Notes under the pieces: model-generated | Seen by the model: only the letters and a program-made list of their open reading frames with translations | Told to the model about the DNA's origin: nothing | The model's database searches: none | Translations under genes and position numbers: made by a program | Assembly: GCA_944323255.1 (NCBI GenBank) | Contig: CALURU010000012.1 | Location: 3,459 to 67,458 of the forward strand | Source: Candidatus Gastranaerophilales bacterium | GTDB taxonomy: Bacteria; Cyanobacteriota; Vampirovibrionia; Gastranaerophilales; Gastranaerophilaceae | Reading direction: 5' to 3' | Length of the DNA stretch: 64,000 nucleotides | Shown: piece by piece, positions 1-10,443 of the stretch | How the letters are laid out: every line of letters begins with the position of its first letter | How positions within the stretch are numbered: position 1 is the stretch's first letter

Positions 1-2628
1 CATTTTATACAAAGGAACATCCATTTGCCTTGCAAGAGTTTCCACAATGGTTGTTTTACCCGTTCCCGGAGGACCTTCGAGAATAACTCCGCCTGGAAGG
101 CTTCTTCTATTTGCAATAAGCATCTGGCGGACTTCCGGACGCCATACATCTATTATGTTTTCTTCAAGCGCCTGCTTAACTTCATCCATTCCGCCTAATT
201 CATCCAGTGATTTAAAATCCCAGTCGTTGTATTTGTGCTGTTCCAAACCTGCTTTATTGCAAAATTCGCCCATCAAACGTTTATTATAATCATCAAAACA
301 TTCTTTTATACATTCGCCAAAATCTTTATTGTTCAGAATTGCAGCTCTTTTTGCGTCAGTCAAAACAGAGGTTATTGTTGACATAGAGCTTCCGTCAAAT
401 TCTTTTGCGGCTGCTTCAAGAAATTCTTTATCATTTGCTAATTCTTTAGTGAACGGAGTTTTTGCAAGTTCTTTTTGAACAACATCCATAATTGCGGCTT
501 TGTCAGGATTAGAAAAGGCAATCCAGTTTCCGAGTCTGCCTCTGCGCTTTAGTGCAGGATCGATTCCGTCAAGGTCATTGGTTGTGGCAATCAGGATAAA
601 ACCTTTTGATGACGGGTTGTTAAGCTCCTGAAGCAATGTGTCGGTGACTTCCTGCTTGTGACTTGCTGTATTATCACCTCTTGCTTCGCCGAGGGAATCA
701 AATTCATCAAAGAACCAGACTGACATTTCTCCCGTTGCTGCGTATTTGTCGTTAAGCTGCTTTGCCATTTCTCTTATACGGCGGCTGACTTCGTGAATAT
801 AAGAACTTGCAACGTCGGAAAGTTTTGTTTCATAGAAAGGAAGCCCGAGTTCACGAGCTAGAACTTTTGCGGTTAGGGTTTTTCCGTTTCCTGCAGGTCC
901 GTAAAAAATTGCACCGTCAGGAATTGCGCTGCTTCCGAGGTTTTCTTTCAGTTTATCAAGATTCTGGAACGGCTCAATGTAGAGTTTTTTCAACTTTTCT
1001 TTAATATCAGGCATTCCGCCTAAATCGTCAAGTTTCATAATCTCGTCTGACGTTACCGGTATACGTTTAAATTCAGGCGTATCGTACATTGTGGTTTTGT
1101 TAAACTCGTCAACCGGCTGGATTCCTGCTGCTTTAGTAAATTCTGCGAGTTCTTCTCTTACGGTTTCCGGCTCAACGCAGTATTTTTTGTTGTAGACAGA
1201 TGCTCTGGCGCTTTCCGCAAGCACGTTTTCAATATCGGAATACTTGAACCCTTCTGTCTTTTCACCTATTTCATTAATCATTTCTTCCGTGTTTAAGTCT
1301 TTAAACAGGTATTTATCTTTAAAATATTGTCTCAAATACTCTTTTCTGTCCTCAATATCCGGAATTTTAAGTTCCATAACTTTGTCGAAGATTCCGGAAC
1401 TTAGGAATTTTGAGTCAATATCGCATTTTTTATCTGCGGTTGCAAAAAGCAAAGCGCCTTTATCTCCGCAGTTTTCGGCTGTAAGCAGAAAATTCTTTTT
1501 GTCTAAATCGCAGTTTGGTCCTGTTGTGAAGAATTTATCAAAACCACGGATTAGAACGATTGTTCTTAAACCGTTTTTTGCGTACTCTTTTTCAATATCT
1601 TTGAGCATCGGTTTAAATTCCTGCGGATTGTACAGCTGCAAAACCGGCATTTGGGTTTCGTTAGAGAGTGCTTTAACAAAATTTACCGTATCTTCGGAAG
1701 TTTCCAGCAAAATCCCGTTAGGAATTCCGATATTGTTGGCTCTTAGTGTTGCATTTGCTGCCTGTTCGTTAAGTGGAATAATGACATTTTCTTTCAATTC
1801 TTCCTTAATCTTGTCCATACCGATAATTTCATCTATATTTTTCGGGTCGGAAGGCAGGATTTGAAGCGGTGCATAGTTTTGGAAAGAGGAAGGAAGTTTT
1901 TTTGCCTCAGGCTTATTTAATTTTTCCTCCTTTTTTCCGTTATCTACAATTTCTTCATAATCATTTTCCGGAACAGCTGCTTGTTTATCTTTTGAGGTTT
2001 GTGCAAGTTCACTGCTCTGCGGAGTTTCTTCTTCAACCTCTTCAAACGAGTCAAAAAAATCTATTTCCGGTTCTGTTTTTTTACTCTCTTCCGGTTTTGC
2101 CGGAATCGTTTCTTCGGTTTTATTTTCCTCTAAGTTTTGAGCCACAGGCTGCATTTGGGCAGGTTTAACAACAACAGGGTCTGACATGTACATTTTTGCT
2201 GCCGAAGTTTTTGCATCTTCAACATTTGGATTTTCAATCTGTAATTCAGGCTGTGGTTTGGACGAATACTCAACAGACTGCTTTGGCGGCAATATTTCGG
2301 CAGAATATTTACCCCCCCGCTGAACAAGTATATTTTTCATCTCGTCGCTTTTTGCATAATCAAGCGGAGTTTTACCATTCGGGGCAAAGTTTATAATCCC
2401 TTCTCTTGCGTTTGGTTTTGCTGTCAAATAGTTAACCAGCATTAAATAATTATTGTTTACAAATTTCTGAAAAAGAGTCTCCGAATTTTCATCCACAAGG
2501 TTCGGATCAAGTTTACCCTTTCTTGAAATATTTAAAAATTCTTTTTCTGTCGGAAACGTTTCATCTTTTCCTTTAAAAGCAGGGGTAGTATACAATTCTC
2601 TGTTATTGGGGATTGAAAACCTATACAT
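1..2628 (-). CDS. Multi-module AAA+ ATPase (N-terminal ankyrin-like repeat, acidic linker, at least three tandem classic-AAA modules); runs off the left edge, so absent from the ORF track
   Basis: Manual translation of sampled segments from ATG at 2628 (RBS GAAAGGA) stays in one open frame down to base 1. Motifs: GKTPLDYA (2353-2376); degenerate module GIPNGILLETSEDT; module 2 Walker A GPAGNGKT (877-900), Walker B WFFDEFD, SRH TTNDLDGIDPALKRRGR; module 3 Walker A GPPGTGKT (52-75). Confidence 0.85.
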   Translation of the reverse strand, partial: MYRFSIPNNRELYTTPAFKGKDETFPTEKEFLNISRKGKLDPNLVDENSETLFQKFVNNNYLMLVNYLTAKPNAREGIINFAPNGKTPLDYAKSDEMKNILVQRGGKYSAEILPPKQSVEYSSKPQPELQIENPNVEDAKTSAAKMYMSDPVVVKPAQMQPVAQNLEENKTEETIPAKPEESKKTEPEIDFFDSFEEVEEETPQSSELAQTSKDKQAAVPENDYEEIVDNGKKEEKLNKPEAKKLPSSFQNYAPLQILPSDPKNIDEIIGMDKIKEELKENVIIPLNEQAANATLRANNIGIPNGILLETSEDTVNFVKALSNETQMPVLQLYNPQEFKPMLKDIEKEYAKNGLRTIVLIRGFDKFFTTGPNCDLDKKNFLLTAENCGDKGALLFATADKKCDIDSKFLSSGIFDKVMELKIPDIEDRKEYLRQYFKDKYLFKDLNTEEMINEIGEKTEGFKYSDIENVLAESARASVYNKKYCVEPETVREELAEFTKAAGIQPVDEFNKTTMYDTPEFKRIPVTSDEIMKLDDLGGMPDIKEKLKKLYIEPFQNLDKLKENLGSSAIPDGAIFYGPAGNGKTLTAKVLARELGLPFYETKLSDVASSYIHEVSRRIREMAKQLNDKYAATGEMSVWFFDEFDSLGEARGDNTASHKQEVTDTLLQELNNPSSKGFILIATTNDLDGIDPALKRRGRLGNWIAFSNPDKAAIMDVVQKELAKTPFTKELANDKEFLEAAAKEFDGSSMSTITSVLTDAKRAAILNNKDFGECIKECFDDYNKRLMGEFCNKAGLEQHKYNDWDFKSLDELGGMDEVKQALEENIIDVWRPEVRQMLIANRRSLPGGVILEGPPGTGKTTIVETLARQMDVPLYKM

Positions 2629-2771
2629 ATTTTTCCTTTCAAATATTATAGCGCTATTTATATTTATTTACCCCAAAAATTGTAAAAATATTTTTTGCTA
2701 AATCTGTAACGATACATTAAAGAATTGTAACAAATAGTGGAAATAATTTTTTTTATTGATTAGAATATCTA

Positions 2772-3314
2772 TTGGGTATAGAAAGAGGGGAATTTTTTAA
2801 AATGAATGCTAATAAAGTACTTTTACCTAATGACGTAAGAAAACTTTTAAACGTTGATAATAAAGAGATAGTTGAATTATGTAAAAAAACTTCAGTTACC
2901 CCGAAAAAAGACCACAAGGGTCAGATATATTTTTCCGTGGATGAAGTTAAAAAACTGAGAAGTGCAAAAACCTCGGTTATGACAGGAATGAAGAATAGCG
3001 AAAAGAAAGTGACATTACCCATGATGACAAAACCAAATTCTCAAACCGTTGTTAACGGTTTATTAGAAACCCTCAACAAAATGGAAAACAATATTACCAC
3101 TTCCATGACCAAACTTATTGATGAAAAATTAGAAGGCATGGATGATGTTGTTTTGGAGCTTGTAAGATGCAAGACAGAAAACGAAAATCTTAAAAATAAA
3201 GTTAATGAATTAAACAAAGAAAACTTTAAGCTGAAAAATGTTCTAAACAGCTTTAAGCCGCTTATGTGCGGATTCTATATCAAAAAAGAAGAAGAAACTA
3301 ATTTTATGTTGTAG
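2772..3314 (+). CDS. MerR-type HTH plus coiled-coil protein, RacA-like
   Basis: N-terminal NDVRKLLNVDNKEIVELCKK..PKKDHKGQIYFSVDEVKKL has MerR/RacA HTH spacing; C-terminal heptad coiled coil (MDDVVLELVRCKTENENLKNKVNEL). Likely start is the ATG of MNANK. Confidence 0.55.
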   Translation: MGIERGEFFKMNANKVLLPNDVRKLLNVDNKEIVELCKKTSVTPKKDHKGQIYFSVDEVKKLRSAKTSVMTGMKNSEKKVTLPMMTKPNSQTVVNGLLETLNKMENNITTSMTKLIDEKLEGMDDVVLELVRCKTENENLKNKVNELNKENFKLKNVLNSFKPLMCGFYIKKEEETNFML

Positions 3315-3369
3315 ATAATGAGCAGTGAAGTTAGAAGGGTACGATAATAATATTATAAATTCCAATCAC

Positions 3370-3390
3370 TCTTCACGCTTCACCCTTCAC
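3370..3390 (-). repeat. Three GTGAAG(A/C/G) heptamers in inverted orientation upstream of recA
   Basis: tcttcac-gcttcac-ccttcac. Confidence 0.7.
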
Positions 3391-3411
3391 CGGAATGAGA
3401 AAGGTTAAAAA

Positions 3412-4431
3412 ATGGCAGTTAAGGAAGAAACCGCAGTAAATACAGCAGATGAAAGAAGTAAGGCGCTAAAACTTGCAATAGAGAAAATTGAAAAGGATTT
3501 CGGCAAAGGCGCTATTATGAAGCTCGGTGACAAACCTTCTGTCAGTGTAGAAACTATTCCGACAGGTGCTCTGGCGCTTGATGTTGCTCTTGGCGTAGGT
3601 GGTATTCCGAGAGGACGTATTATCGAAATCTACGGACCGGAATCTTCAGGTAAAACAACTCTTGCACAGCATATTGTTGCAGAATGTCAGAAACAGGGCG
3701 GAATTGCAGCGTTTGTTGATGCAGAACACGCACTTGACCCTGAATACGCAAGAAATCTGGGCGTTAATGTAGATGAACTTTTGATTTCACAGCCTGATAC
3801 AGGTGAACAGGCTCTTGATATAACGGAAGAACTCGTTCGCTCCGGTGCGGTTGACGTAATCGTTGTTGACTCTGTTGCAGCTCTTGTTCCGAAAGCCGAA
3901 ATAGAAGGCTCTATGGAAGACCAGCAAATGGGTTTGCAGGCAAGATTAATGTCTAAAGCTTTAAGAAAATTGACCGGTATAATAGGTAAAACAAGAACTA
4001 CAGTAATTTTTATCAACCAGCTTAGACAAAAAATCGGCGTTATGTACGGCAATCCTGAAACTACAACAGGCGGTAACGCTCTTAAATATTATGCATCAGT
4101 TCGTTTGGAAATCAAACGTGTTGAAGGTTTGAAAGGTGATGGCGAAGAAATCGGAAACCACGTAAGAGTACGTATTTTGAAAAACAAAGTTGCTCCTCCT
4201 TTCAGAACGGCAGAATTTGATATTATTTTTGGAAAAGGTATTTGCAAAATCGGCAATATCCTTGATGTAGCTGTTGATTTGGATATTGTTAAAAAAGCCG
4301 GGTCATGGTTTAGTTTTAACGATGATAAATTAGGTCAGGGCAGAGACAAGGCTAAAGAGTTTCTCGGTGCTAATCCGGAAATACTCAATCAGATTGAAAC
4401 CCTTGTTCGTGAAAAGCTTGCAGCAAATTAA
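3412..4431 (+). CDS. recA: Recombinase RecA
   Basis: [53 protein letters not shown]. Confidence 0.99.
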   Translation: MAVKEETAVNTADERSKALKLAIEKIEKDFGKGAIMKLGDKPSVSVETIPTGALALDVALGVGGIPRGRIIEIYGPESSGKTTLAQHIVAECQKQGGIAAFVDAEHALDPEYARNLGVNVDELLISQPDTGEQALDITEELVRSGAVDVIVVDSVAALVPKAEIEGSMEDQQMGLQARLMSKALRKLTGIIGKTRTTVIFINQLRQKIGVMYGNPETTTGGNALKYYASVRLEIKRVEGLKGDGEEIGNHVRVRILKNKVAPPFRTAEFDIIFGKGICKIGNILDVAVDLDIVKKAGSWFSFNDDKLGQGRDKAKEFLGANPEILNQIETLVREKLAAN

Positions 4432-4470
4432 GAGGCGTATTGCCCCCTCTTTATTGAGATTTACTTTTTG

Positions 4471-4499
4471 TTGACAAAAAAGTATTATTATGATATAAA
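4471..4499 (+). promoter_or_regulatory. Near-consensus sigma70 promoter downstream of recA, with no CDS following on this strand
   Basis: TTGACA (4471-4476), 17-bp spacer, TATAAA (4494-4499) with extended -10 TG. Confidence 0.65.
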
Positions 4500-4505
4500 G
4501 TTAGT

Positions 4506-4556
4506 GGGGTAAATGTATATTTTTGAGTCTTGCACACACTGCAAGACTTTCCTTTT
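4506..4556 (+). ncRNA. Candidate ~50-nt small RNA beginning GGGGUAAAUGUAU
   Basis: Lies between the promoter at 4471-4499 and a terminator hairpin at 4526-4548 with U-tract; purely a prediction. Confidence 0.35.
4526..4556 (+). terminator. Intrinsic terminator (recA and/or sRNA)
   Basis: AGTCTTGCA-cacac-TGCAAGACT followed by TTCCTTTT. Confidence 0.75.
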
Positions 4557-4619
4557 GCTTATTGCGTTTTAACCTGGTTTAAGCCCCAAAAAATTGCTTT
4601 TAAGCCGAAATGTGGCAAA

Positions 4620-6125
4620 TTACAGGTCGTTCTTTTTATTTTTGCTGCTCTTTTTGTCCTTAATACGTTTAGGCATGCTCTCTTCGTGCTCGTCGCAGCC
4701 CAGAACTTCATTCAGGTGGTTAATAAGCGCTTCCGAATGATAACACATTGCATGCTCGGACTTGTGATGGATGTCAATTATATGATAGTGCATTGCCATT
4801 TCTATCTGAATCAAAGCCAGATTGTAGTTGTAAATTGTGTCTATATAATGAGTGATAGCCATTATGTAATCTTTTCTTGCATCCTGAAGCGCAACATAAT
4901 TTAATTCCCCTGTTTTGTATTTGCTTTCTACAAGTTTTAAATTTTTTAATGCCTGGTCGGCTTCCAGCTCTGAGGTCGGAATCTGATTCTCCGCTTTGTC
5001 AAAATTGTTGAATGCACGTTTTACTTCGTAATACAAATCTTTTTTAAACAAAACTATTTCATTATTCGCAAGATTAACCTGCGCATCCGCTCCCTTAATA
5101 GAATGTTTAAGTTCCATCAAATTGACGTTTGAACTTAAATTCACACCGACCTGCAAGCTGTTGTTAGAAACTTCGTTTGTGTTGTTAAACCCATAGCCTA
5201 CATTTCCCGAAAGTGTTGGCAGGTAAGTTTTTTTGATATATTTTAAAGACTGAATCATTGCATCTTTTGTAGAAGTCAAAACTCTTAAATCCGGACTGCT
5301 CTCATATGCAAGTTCTACTGCATCTTCACGTGAGAATGGAAAAATATATTTGGAATATGTTTTTGCCTTATGCAGAGATGAATTATACCCCCAATCGTTA
5401 TCATAATTGAAGGTTTGGGTGTTTTTTATATTAAAATCCGGCTGGTTATCCAGATACATTGAATTAGTCAGGTCAACTTTTGCATTATAATAATTGTTTT
5501 GCGCCTCCAGAAATGCAACTTCCGCCTCGCTTAAATGAAGTTCTGCAGTCGTTCTGTCTGCACCTGATTTCGAGTTTTTTACAAATTCTCTGTTTATCTC
5601 TACGTTATTTTGTGCAATTTGCATCAACGCCTTAGCTCTAAGCATGTTATAATATTTGACCTTAATATCAAAAAGAGTTGCGCAGAGACTGTCCATAAAT
5701 TCGTATTCGGCACCGATTTTATAAAACTCTTCCATCTTTATATAAGAAGTAGTTTTACCAAAGTCCCATATCATTTTGTTGACAGAAACTCCTACATTCG
5801 GAAGCTCTCTGTAATAATGGTTATAATATACATTATCAGAATTGTTTTCGTTATAAAATCCAACTCCTGCACTTATTATAGGAAAATACGCAGACCTTGC
5901 TATTCCGAGATTGCTTTTTGCAATGTCCAGATTATACTTCTGCCTTTTAATTTTTGGACTGTTTTTGAACGCAGACGCCACGCAATCCGTCATTGAAAGA
6001 ACTGTTCCATCTTTGATTTCTCTTGCGTGAAAAAGCTCGTCATCATCGTCGTGGGCGGATGATGAGAGGGCTAAATTCCAGCAAAAAAATGCAAGAAAAA
6101 AAAGTGTGAATAATCTCTTTCTCAT
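4620..6125 (-). CDS. TolC-family outer membrane efflux protein
   Basis: Signal peptide; two OEP repeats (LGIARSAYFPIISAG, KKTYLPTLSG); C-terminal KYKTGELNYVALQDA. Confidence 0.88.
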   Translation of the reverse strand: MRKRLFTLFFLAFFCWNLALSSSAHDDDDELFHAREIKDGTVLSMTDCVASAFKNSPKIKRQKYNLDIAKSNLGIARSAYFPIISAGVGFYNENNSDNVYYNHYYRELPNVGVSVNKMIWDFGKTTSYIKMEEFYKIGAEYEFMDSLCATLFDIKVKYYNMLRAKALMQIAQNNVEINREFVKNSKSGADRTTAELHLSEAEVAFLEAQNNYYNAKVDLTNSMYLDNQPDFNIKNTQTFNYDNDWGYNSSLHKAKTYSKYIFPFSREDAVELAYESSPDLRVLTSTKDAMIQSLKYIKKTYLPTLSGNVGYGFNNTNEVSNNSLQVGVNLSSNVNLMELKHSIKGADAQVNLANNEIVLFKKDLYYEVKRAFNNFDKAENQIPTSELEADQALKNLKLVESKYKTGELNYVALQDARKDYIMAITHYIDTIYNYNLALIQIEMAMHYHIIDIHHKSEHAMCYHSEALINHLNEVLGCDEHEESMPKRIKDKKSSKNKKNDL

Positions 6126-6188
6126 ACATTTAATTATACCATGTTTGTCAAGCCTAACAGTGATTAAATAAAGGTTAAAAATATGTAT

Positions 6189-6974
6189 TTATCTGCATTC
6201 AGGAGAAATTCCCCAGTGGAGTTTGTTTCTTAAAACCGAATAGAAACTTGCATCATTTAAGAATGCAAGGCGGGCTTTAAGATTGGAGGTTTTGATAGAA
6301 ATTTGTTTTACGCATCTTGAAGTATCTGCTCCGTCTGCTGATACAGAAAGCAATTTGTCGCTTGTTTTGACAGTAATTGTTTCGTGAACCGGTACAACAA
6401 GCGGGCGAACATTCAGCGTGTGCGGGCAGACCGGTACAATTACAATTGCCTCCAGAGTCGGGTACAAAACCGGTCCGCCGGCTGATAGCCCGTATGCGGT
6501 TGAACCGGTCGGAGTCGAGATAATTAACCCGTCTGCAATGTAGTCGCAGACAAATTTTCCGTTGATTTCAAGATAAAACTTGGAGGTTCTGTAAGTGTTG
6601 CATCCTTTTATTACAAAATCGTTAAGAGCAAGCGAAGTGCCGGATTCTAGCATTAATCTTTCTTCTGTAGAGTATTCTCCCGCAAGAACTTTTTTTACAA
6701 CATTATCAATATCATCTATTCCGGCTTGGGAAAGAAATCCGAGTCTGCCAAGATTTATGCCGAAAACAGGTGTTTGTGAGCCGGAATAAAATCTTGCAGC
6801 TTTGAGTAAAGTGCCGTCTCCTCCTATAACAAAAGAAAATTCGCCAAAATTTTCGGCATTGTTTACCTCAAAACTCTTAAACTCAACATTATGTGCTGAA
6901 AGTGATTTTTTCAAAGCTTCCAGCACACTGCCGTATCCGGCGATTTTGTTATTATACACAACGTTAATTCTCAT
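6189..6974 (-). CDS. nadK: NAD(+) kinase
   Basis: GGDGTLL, GINLGRLGFL, ALND, ADGLIISTPTGSTAYGLSAGGP. Confidence 0.97.
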   Translation of the reverse strand: MRINVVYNNKIAGYGSVLEALKKSLSAHNVEFKSFEVNNAENFGEFSFVIGGDGTLLKAARFYSGSQTPVFGINLGRLGFLSQAGIDDIDNVVKKVLAGEYSTEERLMLESGTSLALNDFVIKGCNTYRTSKFYLEINGKFVCDYIADGLIISTPTGSTAYGLSAGGPVLYPTLEAIVIVPVCPHTLNVRPLVVPVHETITVKTSDKLLSVSADGADTSRCVKQISIKTSNLKARLAFLNDASFYSVLRNKLHWGISPECR

Positions 6975-7044
6975 ATCTCGGATTATATCATATAATTTGG
7001 TTTTGTGATATAATAATCGAAAACACTGGTTGAGGACTGATTTT

Positions 7045-7554
7045 ATGATAGAAATGAAGGTGATGGGTATAGCGCTTGATGTGAGAACGAATTCTCCTAT
7101 AGTTGTTCTACACGATCTTGATAACAGAAAAGCTTTGCCTATATGGATAGGTTCGGCAGAAGCAAGTGCTATTATAAGATGTATTGAAGGGCTTGTGGTT
7201 GCACGTCCGATGACGCATGATTTAATTGCGAATATAATCGAAAAAACCGGTTATACGCTCGAAAAAGTAGAGATTAATGATGTCGAAAAAGAAACTTATT
7301 TCGCAACCCTGTTTCTTGTAAAAGACGGTGAAACTCTTGAAATTGACGCTCGTCCTTCTGACGCTATTGCAATTGCTATGAGAGCAGAAGCACCTATATA
7401 TGTTACTGCAAATGTGCTTATGAACGGCTCTGTTTCTACTGATACGGCAAAAGATGAAGAAGAAGCGCAGGAATTTAAAGATTTTATCCAGAATATCAAA
7501 CCTTCTGATTTTGAAAAAATGATGAAAGGCAAACATGAGGAAAATGATCAATAA
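7045..7554 (+). CDS. Bifunctional nuclease family protein (DUF151)
   Basis: LPIWIGSAEA, RPMTHDL, TYFATL, IDARPSDAIAIA; ATG at 7045 after GAGG (ORF track starts 7030). Confidence 0.93.
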   Translation: MIEMKVMGIALDVRTNSPIVVLHDLDNRKALPIWIGSAEASAIIRCIEGLVVARPMTHDLIANIIEKTGYTLEKVEINDVEKETYFATLFLVKDGETLEIDARPSDAIAIAMRAEAPIYVTANVLMNGSVSTDTAKDEEEAQEFKDFIQNIKPSDFEKMMKGKHEENDQ

Positions 7555-7582
7555 AGTTCCTTTTCTTAAAAAAAACAACAAT

Positions 7583-7604
7583 CCCTCTGCCCGCAGGCAG
7601 AGGG
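7583..7604. terminator. Hairpin between convergent DUF151 and RHH genes
   Basis: CCCTCTGCC-cgca-GGCAGAGGG with upstream A-run. Confidence 0.65.
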
Positions 7605-7683
7605 GTATGTATATTTAACCTGTGTAAATATAACTGTTTTAAATCTCAATTACAAGGTTGTTTTATATGTTTTGTGCAAAGCA

Positions 7684-7872
7684 CTAATCCAGAAGAGCTT
7701 CAAGTATAGCCGCATTTTTTCCAGCCATTGTATTAGCTTTTACTCTGCTTTTGTACATGTAGCTTCTTAATGCTTCTCTGATAAGTTCAGAACGTGTTCT
7801 GTTTTCGCCTTCTGCGACTTTGTCGATTCTGTCTAAAAATTCTTCAGGCATTGAAATTAGTACTCTTGCCAT
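7684..7872 (-). CDS. CopG/ribbon-helix-helix DNA-binding protein
   Basis: MARVLISMPEEFLDRIDKVAEGENRTRSELIREAL fits the RHH pattern. Confidence 0.88.
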   Translation of the reverse strand: MARVLISMPEEFLDRIDKVAEGENRTRSELIREALRSYMYKSRVKANTMAGKNAAILEALLD

Positions 7873-8048
7873 ATATTTCTCCTTTACTATGTAGTGACTA
7901 TTGATATCCTATATATATAAAGTCTTGTGAAGAAAAAAAATTGCTTTTTGAGATTGAAATGTTAACTTTTGTAACGAAATATATAAGAAAAAGTGGGCAA
8001 AATCCTTTTGAGATAAGGATTCCGGTTAATGTATTTTTATTGTGCAGG

Positions 8049-8319
8049 GTGAGGGGTGAGGAGTGAGGAGTGAAGGGAACATTTAAGTAGGTCAGGTTTT
8101 ACCTGACATTAACTTTTTTCTGGATGCATCGGTTAGGCATACCTGCGATATATCGTGAAGAGTGAAGGGTGAGGAGTGAAGATTGTAGGTCGGCTTTACT
8201 AAGCCGACAAAAACTTTCTTATTAAAATATTAATTTTTTGTTTATTTTTTTAAGTTTGTTTAAAAAGAGTGGTTTAATGATAGTACAGTGACTAAGTGAT
8301 TAAGTGACTAAGTGATCAA
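8049..8319 (+). repeat. Mosaic intergenic repeat element upstream of dnaK
   Basis: GTGA(A/G)G(A/G) heptamers x4 (8049-8076) and x4 (8155-8182); GTAG-hairpins (8087-8108, 8185-8208); GTGA(C/T)TAA-type octamers x4 (8288-8319). Confidence 0.85.
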
Positions 8320-8340
8320 GAAAAAGTTTTAGCCGTTTAA

Positions 8341-10233
<1,893 letters not shown>

Positions 10234-10263
10234 ATCTTGAAGTAATTAAAAATTTAATAAAAT

Positions 10264-10310
10264 AATAAAAGCCCGGTGGGCGGATTATATCCGCCCACCG
10301 GGCTTTTATT
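10264..10310 (+). terminator. dnaK intrinsic terminator (21-bp stem)
   Basis: AATAAAAGCCCGGTGGGCGGA-ttata-TCCGCCCACCGGGCTTTTATT. Confidence 0.9.
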
Positions 10311-10380
10311 GTTTCATCGTGTTAAAATTTAAACAAGAGATTATTTCAACAATAAAAAGTGTTTATTTGCTATTCACTGA

Positions 10381-10410
10381 TTGACATGTGTCGGCGTTTT
10401 GTAGTAATCT
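10381..10410 (+). promoter_or_regulatory. Probable sigma70 promoter of smc
   Basis: TTGACA (10381-10386), 18 bp, TAATCT (10405-10410). Confidence 0.45.
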
Positions 10411-10443
10411 AAATTTAGACATGTCTTATGGGGAAGGGATTTA

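Noticed and set aside
47-2396. Plus-strand and short minus-strand ORFs in the track (47-289, 807-1004, 1244-1864, 1869-2168, 2130-2327, 2196-2396)
   Set aside because: They are shadows of the long minus-strand AAA frame, which the track missed because it has no stop in the window.
3315-3411. LexA/SOS box upstream of recA
   Set aside because: No match by eye to the cyanobacterial, Firmicute or proteobacterial LexA consensus.
4506-4588. Identification of the candidate sRNA as SRP RNA, tmRNA or 6S RNA (the 5' GGGG could pair with CCCC at 4585-4588)
   Set aside because: It lacks the SRP helix-8 motif and a tRNA-like end, is too short for 6S, and the terminator at 4526-4556 precedes the pairing partner.
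4530-4904. 124-aa plus-strand ORF downstream of the orphan promoter
   Set aside because: It has a TTG start inside the terminator hairpin, no RBS, and is mostly antisense to tolC.
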